A DNA stretch of 64,000 nucleotides from Octopus sinensis (Eukaryota): assembly GCF_006345805.1 (NCBI RefSeq), contig NC_042998.1:125984001-126048000 (forward strand), in the 5' to 3' direction. Of the stretch, positions 41,640-54,267 are shown piece after piece. The position numbers and the translations under genes were made by a program. The notes under the pieces were generated by a model that saw only the letters and a list, made by a program, of their open reading frames with translations, did not search any database and was not told the origin of the DNA. Each line of letters starts with the position of its first letter. Within the stretch, counting starts at the first letter, position 1.

Positions 41640-42960
41640 CTTGATATACAACAGGTGCTTCACCAACTAGAAATGAATAATTGTTTTCAGTTTCAGTTTT
41701 CTTTAAAAATTCATCAAGAATTGCTTAACATCGCCTTCTATCTATCGAAGTAAATCCCGTCAAAAAATTAATTAGTTGTAGTTGGTAAGACTGTATTAGA
41801 TACCAAAATTCTGAAACTAAAGAAACAATAAACTTATTAATCTTATTGCAAACTTATTGCAATGAAGCTTTATAGATATTGAAAGTAAATTCAACTCCAG
41901 GTCCACCCACTTCGATATTGTAGAATATTACCCATCCATTTCTAGGCCCTCTTCTGAAAGCTAAATTTAAGAAATGATTCACTGCTGTAGCTGATGTTAA
42001 TATTATATAATCCCGAACGCAAGGTAGTCGCTCTCAGTTTGTGACGACTCCTTCAGGATAAAAAAATAATAATAATCCCTTCAGTGCATCCAAGAGTAGC
42101 TACGATGGATCAAAAATATCGGATTAATCGTATTATGTATTAAACGCTTAAAAAATAGAGCGCAGTCATCCTAACATTGAACCATATACAGATGACGTGC
42201 CAACAGTATCCCCTTATTTGAACGGATATGATATGAACAGATTTAGAAAAGATTAGAAAAATTCTAATTAACATATTCAAGAATTTAAGCTGAAAATTAC
42301 AAGAAATTCAAATAATAAACTTTCTAGACATTACCCTAAACCTAAACACTAGTTACATTCTATCCCTACTGAAAACTAAATGAGGAAATAATATATATCA
42401 ATAGGGATTTTATTCATCTACCCACAATTATAAAACGTATTACATATATTATTTGTAAACATCAGATAAGAACATATCTAATAAAGACTCAAAGTCTTTG
42501 AAAGAAGTGGTTTCAAAGACAAACTGAAGTACTTGGAACATCCTATACGAAAAATATTAAATTTAGAAATGTTAATATTAGATAATAGCACTTCATATAG
42601 TATCTGCAAACATAGCGAGAAACTTCCTATTACTCATAAGTACACACTTCCCTGTTTTACTCAGACATCCCAAAATATTTAACAAAAATTTAATAAAAAT
42701 CAGCTGTAGTTATTTGGATAACAGGCCCGCAAATCTCCAACTACAACCAAAAACTAGAAATGCCAATGACTCACATGCTGAATGCAATTGTAGAAACGCA
42801 TCAAATTGTCGAAACGCTACTGTTTAGATTTGGTGTAAAAGGAAAATAAATTATATTTGCATATACAGGGGTGACAAAAAACACATTGGAAAGTCGATGT
42901 AAACCGCACAAACAAATTTCGACAGTATCTGGAGAGTTATTCCTCCTTAAGTTTTGCATT
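41640..42960 (+). mobile_element. Degenerate Penelope-like element (RT + GIY-YIG)
   Basis: Correctly ordered motifs: FDIVEYYPSI (41911-41940), YTDD (42185-42196), NFLDITLNLNT (from 42318), KIFNKNLIKISCS, CNCR (42783-42794) and a YTG GIY-YIG-like motif (42862-42870). Many frameshifts. Confidence 0.78.
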
Positions 42961-43013
42961 CAAATTCCACTCAGACCAACTTTGCCTTTCTTCTATCTGC
43001 GGCTGATAAAATA

Positions 43014-43082
43014 ATTACTCTAGAATCGATATTACTCTAGAATCGATATTACTCTAGAATTGATAATTACTCTAGAATCGAT
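43014..43082. repeat. Minisatellite: 4 x 17-bp ATTACTCTAGAATCGAT
   Basis: Copies start at 43014, 43031, 43048 (18-bp variant) and 43066. Confidence 0.95.
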
Positions 43083-43324
43083 ATAATTGATTATACGTTT
43101 AAATTTGGTGTCCCTGTATGGCCATAGTCCAATGACTGAAACTAATAAAAGAATTATCTTTCTTTTCTAACATGTACAAAAATATAAAGATATATTTTCA
43201 TTATTACTGTTTGTCAAAAGATCTTTAACTCAACTACTACCTTACTAAGAATATTTTGAACTCAGACAACATGCTTTCATTTCATTCACAGATTAAATCA
43301 TTATTCCATTACATTCTTTTACAG

Positions 43325-43465
43325 AGCTTCCTGACTTAGTACCAGACGTTGAAGCACTTCGATTATCAATTCGGCTTGAGGACAAGCCTCTTTACTATTT
43401 ACAATGTGCTATGGAAGAGAATTGTCTTGCATCAGAAGCTTATGAAGTTAAAGAACATTCCAGAG
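43325..43465 (+). CDS. LOXL: LOXL exon: start of lysyl oxidase catalytic domain
   Basis: tcttttacag|AG...GAG|gtaatg, 141 nt, phase 1/1: (E)LPDLVPDVEALRLSIRLEDKPLYYLQCAMEENCLASEAYEVKEHSR (PDL and LQCAMEENCLAS motifs). Confidence 0.96.
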
Positions 43466-44375
43466 GTAATGAATTCTGATATAGTTTAAAGAAAGGAGGG
43501 CTGTTTGTTTTGCTTTGTTTTTGTTGTTTTTTATCAGTAAAATGATTTGTGGTAGTTGGCTGGGTGGATATAGCATCAGACAAAGCAATTGAGAGTTTGT
43601 CGGTTCGCCTAGCTTTCGTTGTTAGATCGTACAGTCGTACTTTCGACTCAACGTATTAAATACTTGTGCATTTCACCTCACACAGCTGAAAATGTGTTGC
43701 GTCTGTAGCCGAGTGGCGCCACACAGATTAATAATCAAAAACTTTGCAAATGGAAGGTGTCAACGACCCTTGGTCACGACACACTGGATGTCACTGGATA
43801 TCCTGTTGTATTTGTAACCAAAACGCTTTTAGCTTTCAAATGGCTCATACAGAATTGGAAACTAACTATTGCAAGCAGTAGCAACACTGTAAACTTGACA
43901 AGTTGATTTGTCACACCAAATCGTATGCTTCATGCAATGAAAAAGCTACAAGCAATATAGTATCATATGCGGGTGAATGGGAATATACATTTCATTTACT
44001 TCACCCTACAGAAGGCTAGTATAAGCAACAGCTCAATTGATACTTGTAATTCGTTAAGAGCTATGCTATAATTCTTTGAACTACTTGATTAACTCATCAA
44101 TCTGTGCTTTATCACTCACTAAGTCACCGGGACACATCTGGCGGCTTTGACTTTGTATAATGATTCCATGGAGTATTCAGCAGAGTAGTCCACTCTACAT
44201 TCCAATACTTCGTGTTGCCCTGAGAGAGAAGGAGAGAGAGAGAGAGAGAGAGAAAGGAAAAGAAAGAGAGAGAGAAAAAAAGAGAGAGAAAAAAACAGAG
44301 AGAGATGGTTTCACGTCGACAACTGCACTTGGCAATATTGATGACTTGTCAGACATGCTGGCTTGAAGCACTTAT

Positions 44376-44442
<67 letters not shown>

Positions 44443-44834
44443 GCGCATGTTCCTTAGTGGCTGACGATATATGCATCTCTGATCACGAGCAGAAGTAGTG
44501 GGGGAGCATCATAGCCATGTGTTGAGAGGGATTCTTTGGGGTTTGAATAATTCACCTCTGGAAACATGGGTAGTTCTTTCAACATCCTTAAACAACCCTT
44601 ATTCAGGGACCTTTTGAGCGGGATGGGCTACTCAACCTGAAGAAATTTCTAACTGGGCCCCACCTGCAAGGTCATGTGCTGTTTATCTTGATATAAGATC
44701 ACCATGTCGCGCACATATGGTTGTGATGCATGTGCCTGGTGTACCCTTATCAGACGGGTAGTCATGATGGGTATATTGGGCTTCGTATATTTTACCCCAG
44801 TGTCACTTTGATGGCATGAACTGCTCTCTCACTC
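44443..44834 (+). mobile_element. ~390-bp element embedded in an (AAT)n microsatellite, probably the 3' end of a 5'-truncated non-LTR element
   Basis: Unique GC-richer block with (AAT)n directly on both sides (44379-44442 and 44835-44867), ending ...ctgctctctcactc(AAT)n. Family identity is inference. Confidence 0.55.
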
Positions 44835-44867
<33 letters not shown>

Positions 44868-45205
44868 CCTTTCTACTATCGGCACAAGATCTGAAATTTT
44901 GGGGGAGGAGCTAAGTCGATTACATCGACCCCAGTGCGTAACTGGTACTTATTTAAATGACCCCGAAAAGATGAAAGGCAAAGTCGACCTCGGCGGAATT
45001 TGAACACAGAGGGGGCAAATAAGGACAGACAAACGGATTAAGTCGATTACATCGACCCCAGTGCGTAACTGGTACTTATTTAATCGACCCCGAAAGGATG
45101 AAAGCAAAGTCAACCTCGGCGGAATTTGAACTCAGAACATAGCGGCAGACGAAATACCGTTAAGCATTTTGCCCGGTATGCTAACAATTCTGCCAGCTCA
45201 CCAGC
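44868..45205 (-). mobile_element. Two adjacent or nested family A SINEs
   Basis: taagtcgattacatcgaccccagtgcgtaactggtacttattt occurs twice (~44914 and ~45040). Head ttctgccagctcacc at ~45188-45205. Confidence 0.85.
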
Positions 45206-45257
45206 TTAATACTACCACTAATACTACAAATACTATTACTACTACTACTACTACTAC

Positions 45258-45367
<110 letters not shown>

Positions 45368-45463
45368 GCGGCTGGACGTGTTCTTTGCTGCTCTGACTTG
45401 TCAGCAGCTGAAGACACAGAAACACTAATACAACCCGGGAGGACAACTGAAAAATAACTCTAA

Positions 45464-46360
45464 AAGACTGGAATGTCTATAGTTCCCTGTGAGTATTTTG
45501 AATTTCCCTCAAAATAAGTTAAGGAACTTACATATCTACAGCTTTCGAACACATAAACAATCAGCTTTAAAACCTTTTCCCTGAATACTCGAGAATGTAA
45601 ACATCCTTTTTATTGTAAAAAAAAATACCACCACATTTTTCTCTGAGCAGACATACAAACGAACACCTCAAAAAATTTAGAAACTTTAATATCTCCAATT
45701 TTGTGTGAACATTTTGTCTTTCCTTCTTCCCTGACTAACAGAATACTTTTATTGTAACAACACAATTAAATGCACGATAAAGAAAATTAAGGAAGTAAGC
45801 ACCTGCCAATATATACATACTGCACAACTACAAAAACTGTAAACCACAGCAAAACCTTTAAAAAGAAAAGAAAAATTCCAAAAGAAAAAGAAAAAGAAAT
45901 TCAAAAATTCAAAAATCCAGCAAGGTGAACATCTCTTCCTCCTACTATTCCCAAAGACTGGAATATCTACAATTTCCTGTGAATATTTTAACTCTCCCTC
46001 AAAATAAAAATAAGTTAGAAAACTTACATACCTACAGCTTTCGAACACACAAACGATCCTCCTTTTTATTCTGAGAACACTACCATTTCTCTCTGTGTGG
46101 TCATACAAAAGACAATATTTAGTAACTCTTAAAACTTTACTATCTACAACTTGTTTCCTTTTCTGTTTGACTCTCCCTGAGTATTCGAAAATGTAAACAT
46201 CCTTTTAATTGCAGAAGTTCTACTGTATTCTCTAACTGGACAGACAAACGAACATCTTAAGAAAACCTAAAAACTTCAATATATTACCCAAATACGTAAA
46301 CACACCTTTTATTGCAATAACACAATTGAATTCAGAAATTCAAAAATTCAACGATGTGAA
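45464..46360. repeat. Diverged ~490-bp tandem duplication
   Basis: aagactggaat..cctgtga.tatttt..ccctcaaaata..aacttacata.ctacagctttcgaacaca occurs at ~45465 and ~45954. Both units end gaaattcaaaaattcaa. Confidence 0.8.
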
Positions 46361-46684
46361 TATCAGGATGTGTGTGTGTGTGTGTATTATTATTATTGTT
46401 TTTTCTACCAGTAATTACAAATAAAACAGGTTGAATTGCTTCTTTTCAAGGCAGCACTCTCAGCGACCACTGGTAGTAGTAAACACATTTCACCTCTGCT
46501 GACCCAAAGGGTGAGAAGATTCATTTGTCTCTATGGCTGATTTCTCCACCATCTGCCGAATCTATTTATAGACCTGTAGAATATGATCTATTCACCAAAC
46601 TGCTGCCCAAATATTTCCTCCACCAATGGTAGTGGTGGTGATGGTGATAATGAAAATAACAACAACAACAACAACAACAACAAC

Positions 46685-46718
<34 letters not shown>

Positions 46719-46839
46719 TAATAATAATAACAATAATATGCTGCAGCTGCTGATACTAAATACCACTAATACTTCAATAATACTACAACTACTACTATTA
46801 TGATACCACATGAATCTGAGGCTCAACTACCACCCTTAC

Positions 46840-49020
46840 CCTTAGGGGTTATCGACAGCGTATGTATGATCATTGGAGAGAAAAGGGATTGTTTCAACTC
46901 ACGGAACAGAGACTATGTGATCAAGCTAGAGCAATAAGAAAAGATTGTTGGTTCACAGAAGTAGAGCTCGAAGCTATCAAAAGACGGGTCATAGAAAATA
47001 GCAGCAGAGATAACAATGAAAATAGAGATCTTACTAATAAGTGTAATCCCATAGCACAGGAAACGAGCAGTGATAGTTGATGAGAGACATGTAGATGATC
47101 TAAAAGAAGACAATAAAACTAATAGCGACATGACAGATGAACAAAAGGCAATCTACGACAGAATAAAGGCAAGACTACGGGAGAATGATACCGACATTAT
47201 TTGTAACCTTAAAAAGGTTGATCGATGGAAATTGAACTTAGAAACGAAAAATGTCAATGAAATTCTGAAATATATCAGAACAAACAACATCACAGAAACA
47301 AATAATTTGATCAAGGCAGCAAGTATTGTTGTAGCAGAAAATGCGGGTGTTGATTTCAAGAAAAAGTGACATAATGGGAATGATGAAAGAAAAGATCCAT
47401 GGCGGAAAAGAAGAATCCAGACAGGGTTAGACATGCTCTCGAAGGAAATCTCTGTGTTAGACCGAAAAGAGAAAAGAGAGCTTAAAAGCGAACAAAAATA
47501 CAGGGCGCTGAAAAGGAAGTATAATATTGAATGAAAGGGCCTGAAAGTAGTATGGGAGGAACTGAAACAGCACCTCGTTGCAAAGAAAGCAAAGATGGTA
47601 AGATACGACCAAAGAATGAAGGGTTACCACCAGAATAGGTTATTCAGAGTAGATCAGAAGAGATTCTCTAAAGAAATAAATTGAGAGTGTACAGATGAAA
47701 AGTTGATACCAGATAACATTGAAAGTCAAAGGTTTTGGAGTTACATCTGGAGCAAAGACAAAGAACACAAGAAGGATGCTGAATAGTTGCAAGAACTGAA
47801 ACAAAGAGTAATCTGTCCAAAACTGGCAGAACTAGTCATTTCAGTTAGGGAAGTGAAGGAAATCAGCAAAAAGATGAGCAACTGAAAGGCCCTGGGACCA
47901 CATGGAGTTCAAGGCTACTGAATCAAAAGATTTGGTGAATGTCATGCACAAATAGCTGCGCAACTCAGTACCTTGTTAAATGCCGACCAAGTAACACGAG
48001 AGTGGTCGACAGCGGGTAGGACGGTGTTGTGTCTGAAAAACATCGAATAAGGCAATACGGTTGACAATTACAGGCCGATATCCTGTCTGCCACTTATATG
48101 GAAATTATTGACTGGAATACTTGCAGAGTCGATGTACGAACATCTGGAAAAAAATGGAGTCCTTCTACATGAGCAGAAGGGTTGCAAGCGTAAATGCAGA
48201 GGTACCAAGGATCAACTTCTGATAGACAAAACTGTACTCAGAGACTGCAAGAGGAAGAAAAGTAACTTAACCATGTCATGGATCGACTATCGTAAGGCGT
48301 ACGATATGATCCTACATTCTTGGATTATGGAGTGTATGAACCTATTTGGTATTGCATCGAATGTTAAGCGATTGCTTGGAAAAAGTATGGCAAATTGAGG
48401 ACGGACCTGACAGCATACGGAAGAAGTTTAGGAAAGTAGAGATTAGGAGGGACATCTTCCAAGGAAACTGCCTGTCCCCACTGATCTCTGTACTGTGCTT
48501 GATACCACTAACACTGATTCTGAGGAAAGCAAAAGCTGGGTATGTATTCAAAAGCTGCCAACAAAAAGTCAACCATTTTTTATTCATGGATGACCTCAAA
48601 TTTTATGGTAAAGATGAAGCCCAAGTCAGTTCCCTCGTTGATACGGTGTATACCTTCAGTGCCGATATCAGAATGGAGTTCGGACTGAGAAAGTGTGGAG
48701 TGTTAGTCTTGAAGAGAGGCAAAATCAAATGTATGGACGGACTAACGATACCGTCGGGAAAGGTTATGAAGCAGATAGAAGAGACGAGCTATAAGTACTT
48801 GGGGATTTTGGAAACGGATAAATTGATGGAGAAAGAAATGACAGAAAATTTTAAGATGGAGTACTTTTGCAGACTGAAATTGATCCTTAAGTTGAAATTA
48901 AACGGACGGAATAAGATCGAAGCTATCAACACCTGGGCGGTTTCACTCTTTAGAGATGGAGCAGGGGTAATCGCATGGACAGTAAACGAACTAAACAGCT
49001 TAGATAGAAAGACAGACTGT
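46840..49020 (+). mobile_element. Degenerate Dong/R4-like non-LTR retrotransposon (RT region), truncated
   Basis: Motifs [87 protein letters not shown] (48583-48594) and YKYLG. Several in-frame stops and frameshifts. Clade assigned from recalled family motifs. Confidence 0.85.
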
Positions 49021-49129
49021 TATTGGATGCGAACACAGCATTAGAGCAGAAGAAAACAACATAGCATGGTATGTAAAAAATGTCACAGAACCGCTATTAT
49101 TAGAAGTAAGAGGGTCAGGTTTGTGTCGG

Positions 49130-49445
49130 ATGAAAGATTGCAAAGATAAAGCACTATGTCAGATTTTGAGTGGTGTATCATAAATCCTGTCATTATTTTT
49201 CTTGTTTTCCTATCTATTTTGATTAATTCATTTAGTGTCCAGTTAAGGATATTGTAACTGTAACTTATAACTGGGATGGCTAAAGTGTTGATGCCTATTA
49301 TTTTGTTTTTCGCATTGAGCTTTATTTTCAGTACTAATCTATAGTATTCTTTCTTTATTTTCTCTTTCATTTGTGTATGTTGAATCGTATCTAGTTCATT
49401 GATTCCTAAATATTTGTATATCTCGCTTTGGTCTGATCTTTACCT
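49130..49445 (-). mobile_element. Fragment of a second Dong/R4-like LINE subfamily (post-RT region)
   Basis: Minus strand reads YKYLGINELDTIQHTQMKEKIKKEYYR..LVLKIKLNAKNKIIGINTLAIPVISYSYNILNWTLNELIKIDRKTRKIMT..HHSKSD (ORF 49083..49370), homologous to the end of the + strand element. Confidence 0.8.
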
Positions 49446-49599
49446 TTTGACCGGCAGATTTAGAAAATAATTTTTTGTAACTAAACACTTTAATGTAACC
49501 TAAAAATATATTATTCCATTATCGATACCCAACACTATAACTCACATTTAACATTGTCACCGTCCAATAACATAACGGTCGCTGCATATCACATATTCC

Positions 49600-49808
49600 G
49601 TCCTACGATAAACACAAGGCCTGAAATTTTGGGAGGCAAGTCGGTTACATTGAACTCCAGGACTCAACTGGTGAGTATTTTATCGACCCTGAAAGGAGGA
49701 AAGGTAAAGTTGATCTTGGTGGAATTTGAACTCCGAACGTAAAGACGAACGAAATGGCGCTGAACATTTTACCCGGTATGCTCACGATTTTGCCAGCTCG
49801 CCACCTTT
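49600..49808 (-). mobile_element. Family A SINE
   Basis: cacaaggcctgaaattttgggagg..ggaatttgaactc..ttttgccagctcgccacc. Confidence 0.8.
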
Positions 49809-50085
49809 ACGATACACAAATAATATCCAACAAACTAATACAGCTCTCATTGCACTAACTCCGTACAGCACCAGAAACGAACCAAATCTTTCGACAATGC
49901 AGAACTCATGTATAAACACGGTTTTACATTCTCAAATGACATTGCTGCACACATCCCAGAAACACTGAAGTGAACCTGGTGGCACAATAGAAACTCGCAT
50001 AAACCTCTTAGAAACATGGTGGTGGTGGGGTGGCTTTGATGGTGGTTGTAATGATGATGATTATTTAATGATGTTGCTCCAACAG

Positions 50086-50203
50086 ATTGGGTTGCAGCCA
50101 CACGACGATTGCTTCGCTTCAGCAGTATTGTACATAACAAAGGCGCAGCAGACTTTATCCCGAACACACCAAAAGATTCTTGGGAGTGGCATGAATGTCA
50201 TAT
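50086..50203 (+). CDS. LOXL: LOXL exon: RRLLRF segment and first half of copper-binding motif
   Basis: gctccaacag|AT...TAT|gtaagc, 118 nt, phase 1/2: (D)WVAATRRLLRFSSIVHNKGAADFIPNTPKDSWEWHECH. Confidence 0.96.
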
Positions 50204-51847
50204 GTAAGCTCTCTTTCATTCTTATTTGTATTTTGCATGATATTGACATTTAATTGCTTAGAACTCAACCTAAACCTTGTCTTTATTTAACATATCTAAA
50301 GTAGCTAAGTTTAGTCGATTCTATCTTTTTCTAAATTATATCCTAGAGAACATTTGACAGCAGCCAACAGCAAGCCAACGAAACTTTCGTTAATCATATA
50401 GTACTGCTCCCTTTAACAGAAATAGAATGATTGGTGTTTCATTAGACAACCAGTATATAAGACAATTCTGCATGGATATTTTGTTGTATGCATGTGGACA
50501 GTACACCTACTTTCCTATACCTCGGTTTCAATTTGTTGTTGCGAATAGGCATTTTATCATTTGACAATGTCTCCTGTGAAAGATTCAAGTCTCATCCGCT
50601 TATTTTAAAAAACAAACTCGTGTAGGATAATACATTTCCACTGCTTAAAGCGGTGAACTTTAGATACGTACGACACTTATTTGTATATGGGGTTACTAAG
50701 CCATTTGAAAGGCCTTAGTTATTAAATCACAGTACAACGCCAGTGCTATGATTTGAACATTCTACCTTTAGGTCATCAGTTAGCTTCAATCCTCAGAATT
50801 TCCTTCATTCAAAAATCCATGTCTAAGATCTGCAAGTATTCTGCTCCCCTGATAAAAAATATCTCGAACAACTTAAGCCAATTTTACATTTCTTTTCTAC
50901 CCAGCCTAGTAACGATTCTTTTTAGAGGCTTACCCCTTTTCGCATCATACGCCTTTGCTACTTACTTTGTAGTCAGTTACTCACTAAAAATAAATCTAAC
51001 CTAGCTGACATTTCTTCTATATAATGTTGACTATTTAATTTCTTCGTCTGTTAGTTTATCAAATACTTAAATATTTAAATACTAACAAATCCACGAGCCA
51101 TAATGTTGCAGTCCTAGAAGGTATCCAATTTTCACATGCAACTATTGTGTCCAAATGTTATTGTTCAGTCTCTTCAGCACTAAGAACTATGAAAATAGGC
51201 AATAACATGCTCTATCCCTATGAAAAGGGGAACATCTGACGACCCCCACATTCTCATCGACTTAGCCTCGCAGAATAAAAAAATTATCATTATTTATTAC
51301 CTATATAGGTGATTCCCAGACTGATTCTATCGACAACTCACTCATAATACTCATTAACCCACAACATTAACCAGAGATTGAGATACCCAAAATTCTAGAA
51401 GGTATTAACACAGGAAATTTATAATAAGCAACAATAAACCGATCTCAACACCCTTTAGTGAGTGATGAATAGCGCATATTCTAGAATTTACTGGTCTATA
51501 ACATTTTCAGTTGCTTTTCTTATTACAGCCGTCAATCTTGGTTGATTCTAAAAAAAAGTGTTTGGTAACATTGTAACGTGGTCGCAATGTTAGACACAAT
51601 ATGCAGTCGTGTGTCCATAAAATATATGCAACATGGTGTGACACAACAGACGTCCGTTTGTGAGATTCTGTTTGGTGTGTCACAGTTCCATAGCATGATG
51701 TGGTATAATCCGATCTGCTAGTATGATGTTAAACAATATTTTACGCTTATTTATAGTGTTCAATATGGATACAAAATGTCAAAGTATATTTCACTATATT
51801 AATTAATATTCACAAATAATTTCAACCTGTATATTCTACTCTGCCAG

Positions 51848-52005
51848 GCATTACCATAGTATGGAGATCTTCGCTCACTATGACATAATGGATTTAAAGG
51901 GAAATCGTGTAGCTCAAGGTCACAAGGCCAGTTTCTGCTTAGAAGACACTCGATGTCCACCTGGAATCACACCAAAATATAACTGTATTGGATATGGTGA
52001 TCAAG
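51848..52005 (+). CDS. LOXL: LOXL exon: HYHSM copper ligands and LTQ lysine
   Basis: ctctgccag|G CAT...CAA G|gtaag, 158 nt, phase 2/1: (M)[52 protein letters not shown]. Overlaps ORF 51861..52106. Confidence 0.97.
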
Positions 52006-52109
52006 GTAAGAGTTTCATACTTTCTAGATATTCAACTTTCTTCCTTAAATATTCGAGATGTGATCAAGTATCAATAAATGTTTCCCGTCTTTGTGAACCA
52101 CATTAACAA

Positions 52110-52560
52110 CTAGTGTTGTGTACATCACTAGTTAGACCCAGTTGTAATCATAACCTGTTACGTATGCAGGTGACTGACGTGTGCATGCATCAGAATTTAC
52201 CGGTTTGTTTTTACCTATTTATGCTGACCTACATATATATGTTTCCTTCGTCTTTTCACCTTTTAACCTGAACCTCCTCCAAGTACCAGCCTACTTTTAA
52301 CAACGTGTATTGACAACCTTAGTATTTCAACATTATTGTAAAAAGCGACTCAATGCTTTTCTATCTCGAATTTTATGCATTCTACTTCATATGGTTTCAC
52401 ATCAGTAATGGTTCTTGTTTTATTTTATTTTTCCTAATGTCCTTTTCTGAATTTTCTCCTGAAAAGAGTTATAGCTAAACATTATTTTTCTGCCAGTATA
52501 TAATTTTGACTGAACATTTGTTCAAGGACAGATAATCTTAGAGCACCAGCTTCCCGTGTA
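52110..52560 (+). mobile_element. Decayed CR1/L2-like LINE 3' fragment
   Basis: tacatcactagttagaccc reads YTSLVRP, resembling the Y.SLVRP.LEY RT-thumb motif. The rest is very degraded. Confidence 0.35.
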
Positions 52561-54172
52561 GTTTCAGTACCCTTCCAGGCACTTATAAAATATTTTGTGT
52601 GATTTTTATTTACTATACTCACAAAGGATAGTTACGAAGTAATTTATCGGCTGTTCATTCGTAGTTCAGCCTCTTTATGTTGGTTGTACAAAATGTCGGG
52701 TTATTTTGGAACAGTAAAGGGGTGTGAAGTAAAATGTTTGTTAGTATTTAAAGCCTTAGAGCAAAGGGCCTAGATTCGTGATCCAATACTACAGCCAACT
52801 GGAATGTCAATAATTAATAACACCTTTTCTCTACACTGAATTCATTTTTCTGTAATCTCAGTCAAAAGAAAGCCTAAATGTGTTGTAAAATTGCTATCGA
52901 AATACTCGAGGCCTTGATAAATGATTATGAATTCCATTGTGAAATAATTGTGGTCTTATCTAAATGTGTTGTTTCTAAAATGTAGCTAACATCCAGTTAA
53001 GTAAAATGAAAAATACTAAAGATCGATTTTAGTAGATGGAGTTTTGTTGATTAAATTTTCCAATATATAACTGTTATAAATTGTACAGATCATAATGGAA
53101 CCAAAAGCAAAATCAACCCACACAGAATTTGAACTCAAAACATAGATGGAGAAAATTAAATACTTTATAATCTGCCCGGCGTTCCGCCATTTCTGACAAC
53201 TTGACCCACTTTTCATGTATGATATTACTGAGGTGAAACGTTTGGCAAGAAGTAGCTCATATAAATATTATGATATAAATAGTACTGATTCCAAGTTTTG
53301 TTCCACCATTCAGATTTGTCGTTGATGTACCTCTTCCAAGAAGAAGAAGTTTAAACAAACATCCCTTTACTTATTATTCTTCTCTTTCACGTATTATATT
53401 CAGTAACCACATTGGTATGTGCTTGAGGTTACCTTGATTTTCAAAATGTTAAGTAATATTCTTATATGCGATGAACTTGGGTTTGAAGATTTAATCTTAC
53501 AACATGTGAGTTATACATCCACGTTTCACTCAAAGCATCTACAAGAGAATTTGTATGTTTTGGATGATTTGGACAGCTAGCACTGAGTCCATCACACTTA
53601 ACACTCCACTACCCCAAGTCTTAACTCTCTCAAATCCCATAGAATAAAAACAATTCCCCACATGAAATACAGACATCGAATTTACTATAAAATTTTAATG
53701 TTCTTTGTTAACTTTTAATGATGATTTCGATCCCTCTTGTGACAGTAAGCTTGGATATACATCCAAGGTATGGCACTTACTGCCCTCTGTTTTTAAGCAG
53801 TGCAGTCATCTCTCAACGGACCAATCCACCTAGTCGTAAGCAGGCACTACTTATTGATGCAGCTCTCCAAAATATGTAATGGCTACACCCTAAAACTAAG
53901 GAGTATTCCGTTTCCATACAATGTAATGGTTAATTTTTCTTATGCATATAACACTTCCTCACACGAAGTAATGTTTGGCGTTAGACGAGTTGCACAACAC
54001 CATAAAGCGCAATGGAAGACAAGAGACTCCAAGTTGTGATTTTCCTCAAAGAATTTGATGGGAGAATTTTGAAAATGAATGAAAAATATCACTCTTTATT
54101 TGTTAACAAACAAACTTCAATACTTTGTTAATGCTTCGAGAGTCAAAGTAATTTTTGCTATCTTCAAAACAG

Positions 54173-54267
54173 GTCTTTCAGTGAACTGTTCAGACAACTA
54201 TTACCACGACATAGACTGTCAATGGATTGACATCACAGATATGAAATTTGGAAGTTACATACTCAAG
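54173..54267 (+). CDS. LOXL: LOXL exon: LTQ tyrosine region
   Basis: ttcaaaacag|GT...AAG|gtattt, 95 nt, phase 1/0: (G)[31 protein letters not shown]. Lies inside ORF 54079..54327. Confidence 0.96.

Noticed and set aside
43014-43082. CRISPR-like short repeats
   Set aside because: The repeats are contiguous with no unique spacers, there are no cas genes, and the context is eukaryotic.
46862-49044. LINE ORFs as an active retrotransposon or host gene
   Set aside because: The RT is broken by multiple stops and frameshifts and lacks its C-terminal endonuclease, so it is a dead copy.
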